In this document: piece after piece, positions 30,221 through 40,934 of the stretch
Layout: the number at the start of each line of letters is the position of its first letter
Numbering within the stretch: the stretch's first letter is position 1
From: Candidatus Bathyarchaeota archaeon
GTDB lineage: Archaea; Thermoproteota; Bathyarchaeia; 40CM-2-53-6; DTDX01
DNA length: 64,000 nucleotides
NCBI GenBank assembly: GCA_018396775.1
Contig: JAGTRF010000002.1
Span: forward strand, 14,069-78,068
Direction of reading: 5' to 3'
The notes under the pieces: model-generated
What the model saw: the letters and a program-made list of their open reading frames with translations, nothing else
Told to the model about the DNA's origin: nothing
Database searches by the model: none
Program-made: the position numbers and the translations under genes

Positions 30221-31141
30221 TTAAAATAAGTTTTTGCTTGTTACTTCTGGATATTTTTCTTTCAGCATTTCAAAATGCTTTAAACACTCGTTAAATTGGA
30301 ATCTCGCGTAGCTATTAAAATCGAAATCTAACTCTGAAACATGATATTGCATAACTGCCCATAAACCCCACCAAAGCCTAGATGGAAGCTTATATAAATC
30401 TACTCTACGCTTCTCTCTTGCTTTTCCATCGCCAAAATATAATTGCTTTATATGTTCCTCCTCATCACTTGTTAAATTATCAAGCTCTGCAATAAAATCA
30501 GCGATATCAAAGCATGGGTCATTCATCCCTGCATACTCCCAATCAATAATGTAAACTTTATCATTAACGAAAATGAAGTTTTCAGGTAAAAGATCATTAT
30601 GGCATGGAGCAAGCTTTATAGGCTCATCTTTACGCGCTTCAACCTCTATGTTTTTAACTGTTTTAACCATTTCATCTACTGGGTAATCGCTTAAAATAGC
30701 CTTGCCGTAAGGTTTAAGCAAACTATTATATCTTTCAACCTCTCTAAAGATATTAAATATATTGCAAAGTTGAACGTTAGAATTGTGAATTAACTTTATA
30801 GCGTTAACAGCTTTCCATCTAACTTTAGGATCTTTAAAATCTTCTTTTTTAGCTACCTTTCCAGAAATAAACTCAATAATCGATATTTGAGTATCTTCTT
30901 TATGCTCGTAAAGCTTTGGAGTTATTTCAGTCGCTTCTAAAGCTTTTAAATTTTTTATTTCAGCTTCCCTATCTATAAAAAGCTCTGTTTTTTTACCTGG
31001 AATTCTAACCTTATATTTTCTGCCTTCTTCATCCTCCACTAAATAAAGCTCGTTCGTTATTCCACCTTTAAGCTTAACAACCTTCACCGGTTTCTCAAGC
31101 CATTCACGCCTTAAGCTTTTAATAAACGTTTCATCAATCAA
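30221..31141 (-). CDS. Choline/ethanolamine-kinase-like phosphotransferase (APH/ChoK family).
   Basis: HNDLLPENFIF (catalytic loop) and IDWEYAGMNDPCFDIADF (ChoK signature). Confidence 0.7.
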   Translation of the reverse strand: MIDETFIKSLRREWLEKPVKVVKLKGGITNELYLVEDEEGRKYKVRIPGKKTELFIDREAEIKNLKALEATEITPKLYEHKEDTQISIIEFISGKVAKKEDFKDPKVRWKAVNAIKLIHNSNVQLCNIFNIFREVERYNSLLKPYGKAILSDYPVDEMVKTVKNIEVEARKDEPIKLAPCHNDLLPENFIFVNDKVYIIDWEYAGMNDPCFDIADFIAELDNLTSDEEEHIKQLYFGDGKAREKRRVDLYKLPSRLWWGLWAVMQYHVSELDFDFNSYARFQFNECLKHFEMLKEKYPEVTSKNLF

Positions 31142-31257
31142 TTTTGCTTCCTTACTATAAATTATTTAGAAGCATTTTAAGGTAATGTTTATCGATTGAA
31201 AACTTAAGGTAAAGGTTTTAAAAAGCTTTACATGGAAAGAGAAAAATATTAAGGGTT

Positions 31258-31665
31258 TTAAGGTGGAGGATAAGGTGCATAAGCCACTCTTAAAACCCAG
31301 TATAATAAATCTTTTTCTGTAATTATCCCTTCAAGCTTTCCATTCTTCACTACTGGAAGACGTCTAATATTGTTTTTTCGCATAAGTTGAAGGGCTTCAA
31401 AGATTCCTGTATCTGGAGAAACAGTAATTAAAGGTTTACTCATAACATCTTCAGTCTTCTTATCTAATGTTTCCTTATTTGCAACAAGTTTTTTCGCAAT
31501 ATCTCTTTCCGTTAATATTCCTACTGGTTTACCGTTTTTAACGATTAAAACGCTTCCTATACCTTTTTCAGCCATTATTTGAAGGGCTTTTAACACTTTT
31601 TCTGAAGCATCAACTGTTATCACGTTTTTACTCATTATTTGAGATACGAAATCTTCACTAGCCAA
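31258..31665 (-). CDS. CBS domain pair protein.
   Basis: Two CBS repeats (GSVLIV...GILTERDI and RRLPVV...GIITEKDL). Confidence 0.75.
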   Translation of the reverse strand: MASEDFVSQIMSKNVITVDASEKVLKALQIMAEKGIGSVLIVKNGKPVGILTERDIAKKLVANKETLDKKTEDVMSKPLITVSPDTGIFEALQLMRKNNIRRLPVVKNGKLEGIITEKDLLYWVLRVAYAPYPPP

Positions 31666-31823
31666 TTTTCTCCCTCCAATCGCATTTAATTCTATTGTTT
31701 AAGGCAGAGTTTAGATATAAAGTTTTAGGTTAAATATTTGCTGTTTTATAAAGCTTTATGAAAGTTTAACGCTTATATCTCACGTTTTAATTTAATTGTT
31801 AAAAGAGTTAAAAAAGATTAAAA

Positions 31824-33407
31824 ATGAATCAAAAGCTTTTAAATTGCAAATTACTCCTTGAAAAGCTTAAAGATAAAGAGTTAAGCGTTAAAGAAGTTAA
31901 TGAATTAAAACTGAAGATAGCGAAGCTCCTTAATCTTGAAAGAATTTTAAGCAACTCTGAAATTTTATCTATACTGAATGCTGAAGAAAGAAAAGCTTTA
32001 CTAAGATTACTTCAATTAAAAAAGGTTAGAAGCATTTCAGGCGTAAATATAGTAGCGGTTATGGCAGCTCCTTACAAATGTCCTCATGGAAAATGCGTTT
32101 ATTGTCCTTCTGAACCAGGGGTTCCAGAAAGCTATACTGGTCATGAACCATCTTCTATGAGAGGTCTTCAATATAATTTTAATCCTTATCTTCAAGTTTT
32201 AAATAGAATAAAACAATTAACTGATATTGGGCATTTAGTAAGCAAGGTTGAGCTTATAATTCAAGGCGGCACCTTTCCAGCTATGCCTGTTTCTTATCAA
32301 AAAGATTTTGTTAAAAGTTGTTTAGAAGCTATTATTGGAGAAAAAACTGAATCTTTAGATGAAGCTAAAAAGAAAGCTGAAGAAAGCAAAATTAGAAATG
32401 TTGGATTAACAATTGAAACTAGACCAGACTGGTGTAAACAAAAGCATATAGATTTAATGCTTGAATTAGGCGCTACTAGAGTTGAAATAGGAGTTCAAAC
32501 TTTATATGATGATATTTATAAATTAGTTGAAAGAGGGCATACAGTTCAAGATGTTATAAATGCTTTTAGAATGGCTAAAGATTCAGGTTTAAAAATTGTA
32601 GCGCATATGATGCCTGGTTTACCTGAATGCAATTTTGAAAGAGATTTAAAAGCTTTTCAAATTTTATTTAAAGATTCAAATTTTAAGCCTGATATGCTTA
32701 AAATTTATCCATGCTTAGTTTTAAAAAACACGAAGCTTTACGAATGGTGGAGAGAAGGAAAATATAGGCCTTATTCTACAGAGGAAGCGGTAGAGTTAAT
32801 TGTTAAAGTGAAGGCTAATATCCCTAAATGGGTTAGAATAATGAGAATTCAAAGAGATATTCCAGCTAAATTAATTGTCGCAGGAGTTAGAAAAAGTAAT
32901 TTAAGAGAGTTAGCTCAAGAAGAATTAAGACGGAAAGGTTTAAAATGCAATTGCATAAGATGTAGAGAAATAGGCCATAAAATGTTAAGGGAAAATGTTA
33001 AACCTAAATTTGAAAGCCTTCAACTTAATATTGAAGAGTACAAGGCTTCTGAAGGAGTTGAATTGTTTATTTCAATTGATGAACCAAGCTTGGACGCGTT
33101 AATTGGTTATTTAAGGCTTAGAATTCCATCAGAAAAAGCTGAAAGAATTGAGTTAACTGATGGAAAAACTTCTATAGTTAGAGAGCTTAAAGTTTGCGGT
33201 CCAGTAGTGCCTTTAGGAGAGCATTTTAAAGATGCTTGGCAGCATAAAGGTTTAGGTGCAAAACTGATTTTTGAAGCTGAAAAAATTAGCTTAGAAAAAT
33301 TTGATTGCAAAAAAATTCTTGTTTTAAGCGGTTTAGGCGTAAAACATTATTATAAACGTTTAGGTTACTATCCTGAAGGCCCTTATATGGCTAAAAAGCT
33401 TATTTAA
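31824..33407 (+). CDS. elp3: Elongator Elp3 homolog (radical SAM plus GNAT, tRNA wobble-uridine modification).
   Basis: CPHGKCVYCP rSAM motif. C-terminal GNAT (KGLGAKLI). 527 aa. Confidence 0.85.
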   Translation: MNQKLLNCKLLLEKLKDKELSVKEVNELKLKIAKLLNLERILSNSEILSILNAEERKALLRLLQLKKVRSISGVNIVAVMAAPYKCPHGKCVYCPSEPGVPESYTGHEPSSMRGLQYNFNPYLQVLNRIKQLTDIGHLVSKVELIIQGGTFPAMPVSYQKDFVKSCLEAIIGEKTESLDEAKKKAEESKIRNVGLTIETRPDWCKQKHIDLMLELGATRVEIGVQTLYDDIYKLVERGHTVQDVINAFRMAKDSGLKIVAHMMPGLPECNFERDLKAFQILFKDSNFKPDMLKIYPCLVLKNTKLYEWWREGKYRPYSTEEAVELIVKVKANIPKWVRIMRIQRDIPAKLIVAGVRKSNLRELAQEELRRKGLKCNCIRCREIGHKMLRENVKPKFESLQLNIEEYKASEGVELFISIDEPSLDALIGYLRLRIPSEKAERIELTDGKTSIVRELKVCGPVVPLGEHFKDAWQHKGLGAKLIFEAEKISLEKFDCKKILVLSGLGVKHYYKRLGYYPEGPYMAKKLI

Positions 33408-33423
33408 AAAGGGGTTAAATGTT

Positions 33424-34749
33424 TTGCCTGAATTAACAGGTTATAAGGGGTTAGCTTTAGAGAAGCTAAAGGAAGCTTCAGCTTCTTTAGGCGATGAAAT
33501 AAAAATTATTAAGGGCGAAAAAATTTATAAAGGAATTTTAATTCCAAGACCTGAATACCAAAATAGCGATTATATAGTTTTAAAGCTGAAAAGCGGCTAT
33601 AACATAGGTGTAAAGGTTGATTCAAGCGTTAAAATAGAGGTTTTAGGGTTTAAAGTTGAACCTAAATTCGTTAAGCCCCCTTCTCCAGAAACAAAAGAAG
33701 GTTTACCTCAAGTTTCCATAATTAGCACTGGTGGAACAATAGCTAGCAGAGTTGATTATAGAACTGGAGCTGTTGAACCTGCTTTAAATGCTGAAGACAT
33801 ATATAGCATAGTTCCAGAGCTTTCTAAAATAGCTAAAATAAACACTGAAATTCTTTATAATGAGTTTAGCGAAAACTTTACGCCAATTCATTGGGAAAAT
33901 ATTGCTAAAGCTGCAGCTAAAAATATTGAAGAAGGAGTTGATGGAATAGTTATATGCCATGGAACAGATACCATGGCATATACAGCTGCGGCTTTAAGCT
34001 TTGCTTTACAAAATCTTCCAGTTCCAGTAGTTTTAGTAGGTTCTCAAAGATCTTCTGATAGACCAAGCTCCGATGCTGCTGCAAACCTTATAGGCGCGGT
34101 TTCTATCTCGGCTAAAGCGCCTTTTGCTGAAGTTGCGATAGTTATGCATAAGGAAACATCTGATGATAAATTAATTGTTATTAGGGGGGTTAAAGCTAGA
34201 AAATGTCATACAAGCGCTAGAAATGCTTTTAAATCTATAAACGCTCAACCGATTGCAGAATATGATTTATTAAATGAAGAAATTAAATTTTTAAATGAAG
34301 ATTTTAAACCTAGAGTGAAAAGTGAAAAACTCGTTTTAAAACCAAAGTTTAACATGAAAGCTGCTTTAATAAAGTTTTACCCTGGAATGAACCATGAAAT
34401 TATAGACTTCTTTGTAGATAAAGGTTATCTTGGTTTAATTCTTGAAGGAACAGGGTTAGGACATGTAAGTCGATACTGCTATAACTCTATAAAAAGAGCT
34501 GTTGAAGCAGGATTATTTATTGGAATGACTTCTCAATGCCTTTGGGGAAGAATCAACATGCATGTTTATTATACTGGAAGAGATTTATTAAATTTAGGTG
34601 TAACCTCGCTTGAAGATATGCTTCCTGAAACAGCTCTAGTTAAATTAATGTGGGTTCTTGCTCAAACTTCTGAGCTGAATGAAGTTAAAACCTTAATGTT
34701 GAAAAATATTTCTGGAGAATTTTCTGGCAAGAGATGGATTGAGGTGTAA
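33424..34749 (+). CDS. gatD: Glu-tRNA(Gln) amidotransferase subunit D.
   Basis: Asparaginase-like ISTGGTIAS and HGTDTMAYTAAAL motifs. Confidence 0.85.
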   Translation: MPELTGYKGLALEKLKEASASLGDEIKIIKGEKIYKGILIPRPEYQNSDYIVLKLKSGYNIGVKVDSSVKIEVLGFKVEPKFVKPPSPETKEGLPQVSIISTGGTIASRVDYRTGAVEPALNAEDIYSIVPELSKIAKINTEILYNEFSENFTPIHWENIAKAAAKNIEEGVDGIVICHGTDTMAYTAAALSFALQNLPVPVVLVGSQRSSDRPSSDAAANLIGAVSISAKAPFAEVAIVMHKETSDDKLIVIRGVKARKCHTSARNAFKSINAQPIAEYDLLNEEIKFLNEDFKPRVKSEKLVLKPKFNMKAALIKFYPGMNHEIIDFFVDKGYLGLILEGTGLGHVSRYCYNSIKRAVEAGLFIGMTSQCLWGRINMHVYYTGRDLLNLGVTSLEDMLPETALVKLMWVLAQTSELNEVKTLMLKNISGEFSGKRWIEV

Positions 34750-34751
34750 TT

Positions 34752-36647
34752 ATGGCTTTAAATTATGAAGAAGCTGGATTAAAAGTTGGTATTGAAATTC
34801 ATTGTCAACTTGATACTGAAAGAAAGCTTTTTTGCAATTGCATAACAAAGCTTTCTACCGAACCTCCAAGCCTTAAATTTATCAGGCGTTTAAGGCCTAC
34901 TCAAAGCGAGCTTGGCCAAATAGATCCTGCTGCCTTATTCGAGTTTAAAAAAGGAAAAATGATTGTTTATGAAGCTGACCCTGAATCATGCTGTTTAGTT
35001 GAAATGGATGAAGAGCCTCCTCATGAATTAAATAAAGAAGCTTTAGAAGCAGCTTTAACTATCGCTCTTCTTTTAAATGCTGAACCTATAGAAGAAATTC
35101 ATGTGATGAGGAAAGTTGTAATAGACGGCTCTAATACAACAGGTTTTCAAAGAACAGCGGCCGTTGCTTTAAATGGTTTTATTCAAGTTGAAAATAAAAA
35201 GATTCAAATTGAACATGTAAGCTTAGAGGAAGATGCTGCTAGAAAAACCGGTGAATCTGGGTTAACAGTATCTTATAGAATAGATAGATTGGGAATCCCT
35301 CTTGTTGAAGTTGCTACAGCTCCAGTTATAACGAATCCAATTGAAGCTCAAAATGTAGCTTTAGCTATTGGAAGAATTTTAAAAGCTACAAAAAGAGTTA
35401 AAAGAGGAATTGGAACAATAAGGCAGGATCTTAACGTTTCAATTAAAGAAGGTGCTTTAATAGAAATTAAAGGAGTTCAAAAACTGGAGTTAATAGGGAA
35501 AGTTGTGGAATATGAGGTGCAACGTCAGTTTTCATTAATAGAAATAAAAAATGAATTAAGAAAAAGAGGGTTAACGCTTGATTTAATTCAAAATGAAATT
35601 TTTGATGTAACATCAATTCTAAAGGATACGAAAAGCAGAGTAATTAAAGAAGCTTTCAGTAAAGGTGGAGTAGCTTTAGCTGTTAAGCTTCCTAAATTTG
35701 CTGGATTATTAAAGAAGGAATTAATTCCTAACATAAGGCTTGGAACAGAAATGGCTTATCGAGCTATATTCGCTGGTAAAGTTAAAGGTTTATTTCATAC
35801 AGATGAATTACCTGGATATGGAATTTCAAAAGAAGAAGTTGAAAAAATAATTGAAACTCTTAAATTAAATAATGAAGATGCAGCTGTGATTATAGCTGAT
35901 TTAAAAGAGAATGCTGAAGATGCTTTAAAAGCGGTTATTGAAAGAGCTAAAGAAGCTTTTTTAGGCGTTCCAGAGGAAACAAGAGCAGCAAACCCGGATG
36001 GAACAACTCATTACATGCGTCCTAGACCTGGAGCTGCAAGAATGTATCCTGAAACAGACATCCCTTTAATTCAAATAACTAAAGATATGCTTACTAAAAT
36101 TGAAAAGAATCTTCCAGAACTGCCTGAAGAAATTGTTAATCGAGTGGTTAAAATTTATGGGATAAACCTTAAATTAGCTCAGCAGTTATTAGATTCAGAT
36201 AAGCTTTATTTATTTGAAGAGCTTACTTCTAAAGTTAAGATTTCTCCCCCCTTTATTGCTACAGTGTTGACTGAAACTTTAAAAAGCCTTGAAAGAGAAG
36301 GTTTTGAAATTGAAAAAATAACGGATGAACAAATAAAAGAAACTTTCAAGCTTATTGATGAAGGTGCTACAGCTAAAGAATCTATAGAAGAAATTTTCAA
36401 ATGGCTTGCTAAAAACGAGAATGCCAACCCTAAAGATGCTTTAATTAATTTAGGATTAAAAATGCTTAGCGAAAAAGAAATTGAAAAAATCATTTCAGAA
36501 ATTATTAATGAAAATTTAAGCCTTATCAAAGCTAGCGGTGAAGCTGCCTTTAAAAAATTAATGGGTTTAGCTATGAGCAGGCTAAGAGGAAAAGCAGATT
36601 CAAAAAAAGTTATGGAGCTTATTAAAAAAGAGTTGAAAGCTGTTTAA
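34752..36647 (+). CDS. gatE: Glu-tRNA(Gln) amidotransferase subunit E.
   Basis: GatB/E-like core. 631 aa. Directly follows gatD. Confidence 0.85.
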   Translation: MALNYEEAGLKVGIEIHCQLDTERKLFCNCITKLSTEPPSLKFIRRLRPTQSELGQIDPAALFEFKKGKMIVYEADPESCCLVEMDEEPPHELNKEALEAALTIALLLNAEPIEEIHVMRKVVIDGSNTTGFQRTAAVALNGFIQVENKKIQIEHVSLEEDAARKTGESGLTVSYRIDRLGIPLVEVATAPVITNPIEAQNVALAIGRILKATKRVKRGIGTIRQDLNVSIKEGALIEIKGVQKLELIGKVVEYEVQRQFSLIEIKNELRKRGLTLDLIQNEIFDVTSILKDTKSRVIKEAFSKGGVALAVKLPKFAGLLKKELIPNIRLGTEMAYRAIFAGKVKGLFHTDELPGYGISKEEVEKIIETLKLNNEDAAVIIADLKENAEDALKAVIERAKEAFLGVPEETRAANPDGTTHYMRPRPGAARMYPETDIPLIQITKDMLTKIEKNLPELPEEIVNRVVKIYGINLKLAQQLLDSDKLYLFEELTSKVKISPPFIATVLTETLKSLEREGFEIEKITDEQIKETFKLIDEGATAKESIEEIFKWLAKNENANPKDALINLGLKMLSEKEIEKIISEIINENLSLIKASGEAAFKKLMGLAMSRLRGKADSKKVMELIKKELKAV

Positions 36648-36652
36648 AGAAG

Positions 36653-36913
36653 CTAAACTTCCTCATCTTTTATTGGATTATAACCTAACCTTTTAATTCT
36701 TTCGAAATCATGTTGAAGAAAAGGCGTTAAAGCAGCTTCTTCACCTATATATATTAATGGAAACCCGCATATACTGCATACTCTTTCTTCAATAGTTGCC
36801 CCCACTCTTGGAGCATAGAAATAATTTGTTAAAACTGCTATGCCTCTAGCATCTGGATGACTTAAAAAATTTAAGCAATCAAAGAAAAGCCAAAGATTCC
36901 ATCTTTCCTCCAT
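36653..36913 (-). CDS. Hypothetical protein.
   Basis: 86-aa ORF, same strand and downstream of hisIE. No motif recognised. Confidence 0.3.
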   Translation of the reverse strand: MEERWNLWLFFDCLNFLSHPDARGIAVLTNYFYAPRVGATIEERVCSICGFPLIYIGEEAALTPFLQHDFERIKRLGYNPIKDEEV

Positions 36914-36976
36914 TCATAAATTCCTCCTTTAAACCTTAATTTATCATAAGCTCCATTTAAACTATTATGTCTAATT

Positions 36977-37651
36977 TTATTTACATGCAGTTTTAGCTTT
37001 ATGTCTTTCCTCTAATTCTTTAAAAATTTTCTTTAAGCTTATTCCTTTGTTGGCTAATAAAATTAAAACATGAAAAATTAAATCTGAAGCTTCAAAAACA
37101 ACTTCTTTTTCATCGCTTTTTTTTGAAGCTAAAACAAGCTCAAAAGCTTCTTCACCAATTTTTTGTAAAATAGCATCTTCACCTTCACTTGAAAGCTTAG
37201 AAACATAAGATTTTTCATTAAAGTTTTCTATTCTCTCTACGATAACTTCATAAATTTTTTCTAGAAATCTTCCATTAACAACCCCCTTCCCCTCTAAAGA
37301 GAAAGGTGAATTGTGAAAGCAGGATTCTTCCCCAGTATGACAGCAAACACCAATTTGATGAACTTTAAATAAAATAGCATCGTTATCACAGTCTAAAATA
37401 ACGTTTTCCACTATAGAATAATGTCCAGATTCCTCGCCTTTAAGCCATACTCTCCTTTTTGTTCTACTCCAATAATGCATTTTTCCAGTTTTTAACGTAA
37501 GCTTTAAAGCTTCTTCATTCATGAAAGCTTGCATTAAAACTTTTTCACTATCCTTATCTTGAACAACTACTGGAACTAAACCATTCATTTTTTTAAAATC
37601 AACTTTTGAAACAAGCTCTTCTATTTCTCCTTCCGATAACTTTAAAACCAT
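36977..37651 (-). CDS. hisI: Bifunctional phosphoribosyl-AMP cyclohydrolase / phosphoribosyl-ATP pyrophosphatase.
   Basis: N-terminal HisI (CHTGEESCF). C-terminal HisE-like helical domain. Confidence 0.8.
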   Translation of the reverse strand: MVLKLSEGEIEELVSKVDFKKMNGLVPVVVQDKDSEKVLMQAFMNEEALKLTLKTGKMHYWSRTKRRVWLKGEESGHYSIVENVILDCDNDAILFKVHQIGVCCHTGEESCFHNSPFSLEGKGVVNGRFLEKIYEVIVERIENFNEKSYVSKLSSEGEDAILQKIGEEAFELVLASKKSDEKEVVFEASDLIFHVLILLANKGISLKKIFKELEERHKAKTACK

Positions 37652-37787
37652 TTTTATACAACTCCTAAATCTTACTTAATTTCTCTTTGTTACTTATTAA
37701 TTAAAGCTATGAATATTTTTTTGATAGGTTTTTTTGACAGTTATAATAATCTAAAAAATCTTTACACTTTTGTTTAAGCCAATTAAT

Positions 37788-38228
37788 TTACTTAGAAAAA
37801 TTAAACTCAATATTTTTCAAAATTGCATCCACCAATTCGTTAGCTCTCTTCGCTTTTTTTAAAGCTTTATAAGCTTTTTCTTCGTTATAAAGTTCCCAAG
37901 GTGTAATACCTTCTGTAGGTTTACCATAAGTAGCAATTCCATGTTCAGGTGCTAATTCATGAGCTAAGTACGCTAACTCTTCAATAAAGTTTTTTTGTTC
38001 TAGTGATAATTCATGCATAACTTCTATCAATTCACTTGATGGATCATGAGTCCAACTTGGTATTCTTTTTAAAGCAATTATAGCTTTAGCGGCACTTTCA
38101 ATAGATAATTGTGAGGCTTCAACACTTTCTTTATAGTCACCTGTATTTAAAAATTTTTCCGCTTTTTTCAAGTATTCTAAAGCTAATTTGCATCTATAAT
38201 TCACTTCTGAGGTTGGATCGATTTTCAA
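37788..38228 (-). CDS. HEPN domain protein (toxin of the HEPN/MNT pair).
   Basis: 146 aa, helical. Directly follows an MNT nucleotidyltransferase. The Rx4-6H motif was not clearly identified. Confidence 0.55.
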   Translation of the reverse strand: MKIDPTSEVNYRCKLALEYLKKAEKFLNTGDYKESVEASQLSIESAAKAIIALKRIPSWTHDPSSELIEVMHELSLEQKNFIEELAYLAHELAPEHGIATYGKPTEGITPWELYNEEKAYKALKKAKRANELVDAILKNIEFNFSK

Positions 38229-38231
38229 AAA

Positions 38232-38681
38232 TTACACCATTATTGTAGTAAAATATTTATCTTTTGGCTTCCATCCGTATTTACCATCTTTTGTTCTATA
38301 TCTTTCAAGTTTATCTTTAACAGCATCCTTTATGCGTTTAAATAATTTCTCAAGTTTTCCAGAAGGATCATAAAGTATTATAGAATCCCATGCGATATTT
38401 AAAAGCAATGGAGTTATCGTTAATTCCTCTTTAAAAAGATTCTCTTCATCAACATCTATTATGGTTATATCTCGTTTAAGAATATTGTATAAATGATGAT
38501 ATATTGTAAATCTTCTACCTTCTTCTTTAAACTCTTTAACGACTATGAAAAAATCAGCATCACTATATTCGCAAGCTTCATTTCTAGCCCAGCTTCCAAA
38601 TAATGCTATACCCGTAATTTTATCTCCTAAAGCATTAACAAGCGCTTTAGAAGCTTTATACGCTAATTCTATTGCTTGCAT
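38232..38681 (-). CDS. Minimal nucleotidyltransferase (MNT, Pol-beta superfamily).
   Basis: GSWARNEACEYSDADFFIV matches the GS...DxD NTase signature. Confidence 0.75.
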   Translation of the reverse strand: MQAIELAYKASKALVNALGDKITGIALFGSWARNEACEYSDADFFIVVKEFKEEGRRFTIYHHLYNILKRDITIIDVDEENLFKEELTITPLLLNIAWDSIILYDPSGKLEKLFKRIKDAVKDKLERYRTKDGKYGWKPKDKYFTTIMV

Positions 38682-38791
38682 AACAATTTTATATATGACT
38701 ATAAGCTTAAAAGTTTTTATATTCCCTCAATAAAAGGCTTTGATTATAATAAATAAGATTTTTTTAAATTCTTTATGAGTGAGAAAAGCTT

Positions 38792-39601
38792 CTAATCTAA
38801 CCTAACTGGAATTCCCTGTTCTTTTAAAAATTTTTTAACTTCTAATATGCTGTATTCTTCTTCATGGAAAATAGAGGCTGCTAAAGCTGCATCAGCTTTA
38901 CCTTTTGTTAAAGCTTCTAAAATATGCTCTGGTTTTCCTGCACCTCCGCTTGCAATTATTGGGATGTTAACATTTTCGCTTATAGTTTTTGTTAATAGAA
39001 CATCATATCCATTTCTTGTTCCATCGTAATCCATGCTTGTAAGCAAGATTTCTCCAGCTCCAAGCTTTTCAACTTTTTTAGCCCATTCTATAGCGTCTAT
39101 ACCTGTAGGCGTTCTTCCCCCTTCTATATAAACTTCCCACCAGCATTTTCCTTGAGGAGTTTCAATTATATTCCTTCTTGGCTTACTTAACTTTTCATAA
39201 TTTCTTTTAGCATCTATAGCTATAACTATGCATTGTTTGCCGAAAGTTTCAGCAGCTTTTTTAATTAAGCTTGGATTTTTTACAGCGAAAGTATTTATAG
39301 AAACTTTATCTGCTCCTGAAGAAAGAATCACTCTTATATCTTTTAAGCTTCTTATTCCACCGCCAACAGTAAATGGAATAAAAACTTCTTCAGCTGTTCT
39401 TTTTACAGCATCTAAAAGTATATCTCTACGTTCATATGAAGCTGTAACATCTAAAAAAACAAGTTCATCTGCGCCTTGTTCGTTGTAAATCGCCGCTAAC
39501 TCCGCTGGATCCCCTTCAATCCTTAAATTTTTAAATTTTATTCCTTTAACAACTTTTCCTTTTTCCACATCTAAACATGGAATTATTCTTTTAGTTAACA
39601 T
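38792..39601 (-). CDS. hisF: Imidazole glycerol phosphate synthase cyclase subunit.
   Basis: TIM-barrel HisF blocks ([22 protein letters not shown]). Confidence 0.85.
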   Translation of the reverse strand: MLTKRIIPCLDVEKGKVVKGIKFKNLRIEGDPAELAAIYNEQGADELVFLDVTASYERRDILLDAVKRTAEEVFIPFTVGGGIRSLKDIRVILSSGADKVSINTFAVKNPSLIKKAAETFGKQCIVIAIDAKRNYEKLSKPRRNIIETPQGKCWWEVYIEGGRTPTGIDAIEWAKKVEKLGAGEILLTSMDYDGTRNGYDVLLTKTISENVNIPIIASGGAGKPEHILEALTKGKADAALAASIFHEEEYSILEVKKFLKEQGIPVRLD

Positions 39602-40286
39602 TTTTCGCAGCCTCTATTGCCTCTTTTAAAGTGAATTTTCCTTCATAAAGAGCTCTTCCAACTATAACTCCATCAACTCCAATTTTAGATAATTCTTTAA
39701 TATCTTTTAAACTTCCTACGCCTCCTGAAGCTATAAACTTTATGTTTGATAAATATGCTGCTTTAGAAATTTTATCTATTGATGGACCTAATAAAGTTCC
39801 ATCTTTATCGATTAAAGTTAAAATTAAAACTCCAACATTAAGCTTTTTAATTTTCGATATTAAATCTAAATAAGTTAGATTTAACTCTTTTCTCCAACCT
39901 TTAACAGCTATTTTCTCTCCTTTAACATCTATAGCTGCTGCTGTTTTTTCCGGTCCAAATTTATCTGAAAAGCTTTTTACTAAGATGGGATTTTCAATTA
40001 ATGCTGTTCCAAATATAACTCTACTAGCTCCATAACTTATAAGTTTTTCAGCTTTATCAAATGAATTTACTCCGCCTCCAACTTGAACTTTAACTTTAGC
40101 CTCTTTTAAAATCTGTTTTATAACATTCATGTTTTCTCTAAGATTTAAAGCAGCATCTAAATCTATTACATGAATCCATTCTGCTCCATCTTGAGTAAAT
40201 TTTTTAAGCGGAATCAATGGGTCATCAAAATAAACTTTTTTTGTTTCAGCTTTCCCCATAAATAGTCTAACGCATTTTCCATCCAT
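39591..40286 (-). CDS. hisA: ProFAR isomerase.
   Basis: HisA-like ([18 protein letters not shown]). Confidence 0.8.
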   Translation of the reverse strand: MDGKCVRLFMGKAETKKVYFDDPLIPLKKFTQDGAEWIHVIDLDAALNLRENMNVIKQILKEAKVKVQVGGGVNSFDKAEKLISYGASRVIFGTALIENPILVKSFSDKFGPEKTAAAIDVKGEKIAVKGWRKELNLTYLDLISKIKKLNVGVLILTLIDKDGTLLGPSIDKISKAAYLSNIKFIASGGVGSLKDIKELSKIGVDGVIVGRALYEGKFTLKEAIEAAKNVN

Positions 40287-40319
40287 TAAATCTATAGCAG
40301 GTATAACTATCGTAAGCTT

Positions 40320-40928
40320 TCACCTTTTAATTAAATAAACGAAATTTTCCAAAATTTTTAATCCATTATCTCCACTTTTTTCAGGATGAAATTGCGTTGC
40401 ATAAATGTTATTTTTAGCTATAATTGAAGGAAAAACCACTCCATAATTAGTTGTTGATAAAACTATTTTAAAATCTTCTGGTTTAGCGATATAAGAGTGA
40501 ACAAAATACATAAAGGCTTCATCTTTAACACCATTTAGAATATCATCATCTTTAATTATTTTTATAGTGTTCCAACCTATATGTGGAAGTTTTACTGTTT
40601 CCGGTAGCTTAACAATATTTCCTTTTAATAAATTTAATCCTGAAATAACTCCGCCTTCAAAGCTTTTTGTAAATAAGAGCTGAAGACCTAAACATATTCC
40701 TAAAGTAAATTTTCCAGAGTTTACAAAATCTTTAATTACATATTCTAAACCTTTAATTTTTTTTCTTGCTTCTTTAAATGCGCCAACGCCAGGCAACACT
40801 ATAGCATCAGCTTCTTTAACATCTTTAAGCCCACTCGTAATTTTTACTGTTGCTTTACAATTTTCTAAAGCTTTAGAAACACTTCTAAGGTTTCCCACTC
40901 CATAATTTAGAATTATTATTTTAGGCAT
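40320..40928 (-). CDS. hisH: Imidazole glycerol phosphate synthase glutaminase subunit.
   Basis: Class-I GATase (GICLGLQ with catalytic Cys, HPEKS). Confidence 0.85.
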   Translation of the reverse strand: MPKIIILNYGVGNLRSVSKALENCKATVKITSGLKDVKEADAIVLPGVGAFKEARKKIKGLEYVIKDFVNSGKFTLGICLGLQLLFTKSFEGGVISGLNLLKGNIVKLPETVKLPHIGWNTIKIIKDDDILNGVKDEAFMYFVHSYIAKPEDFKIVLSTTNYGVVFPSIIAKNNIYATQFHPEKSGDNGLKILENFVYLIKR

Positions 40929-40934
40929 AAAGCT

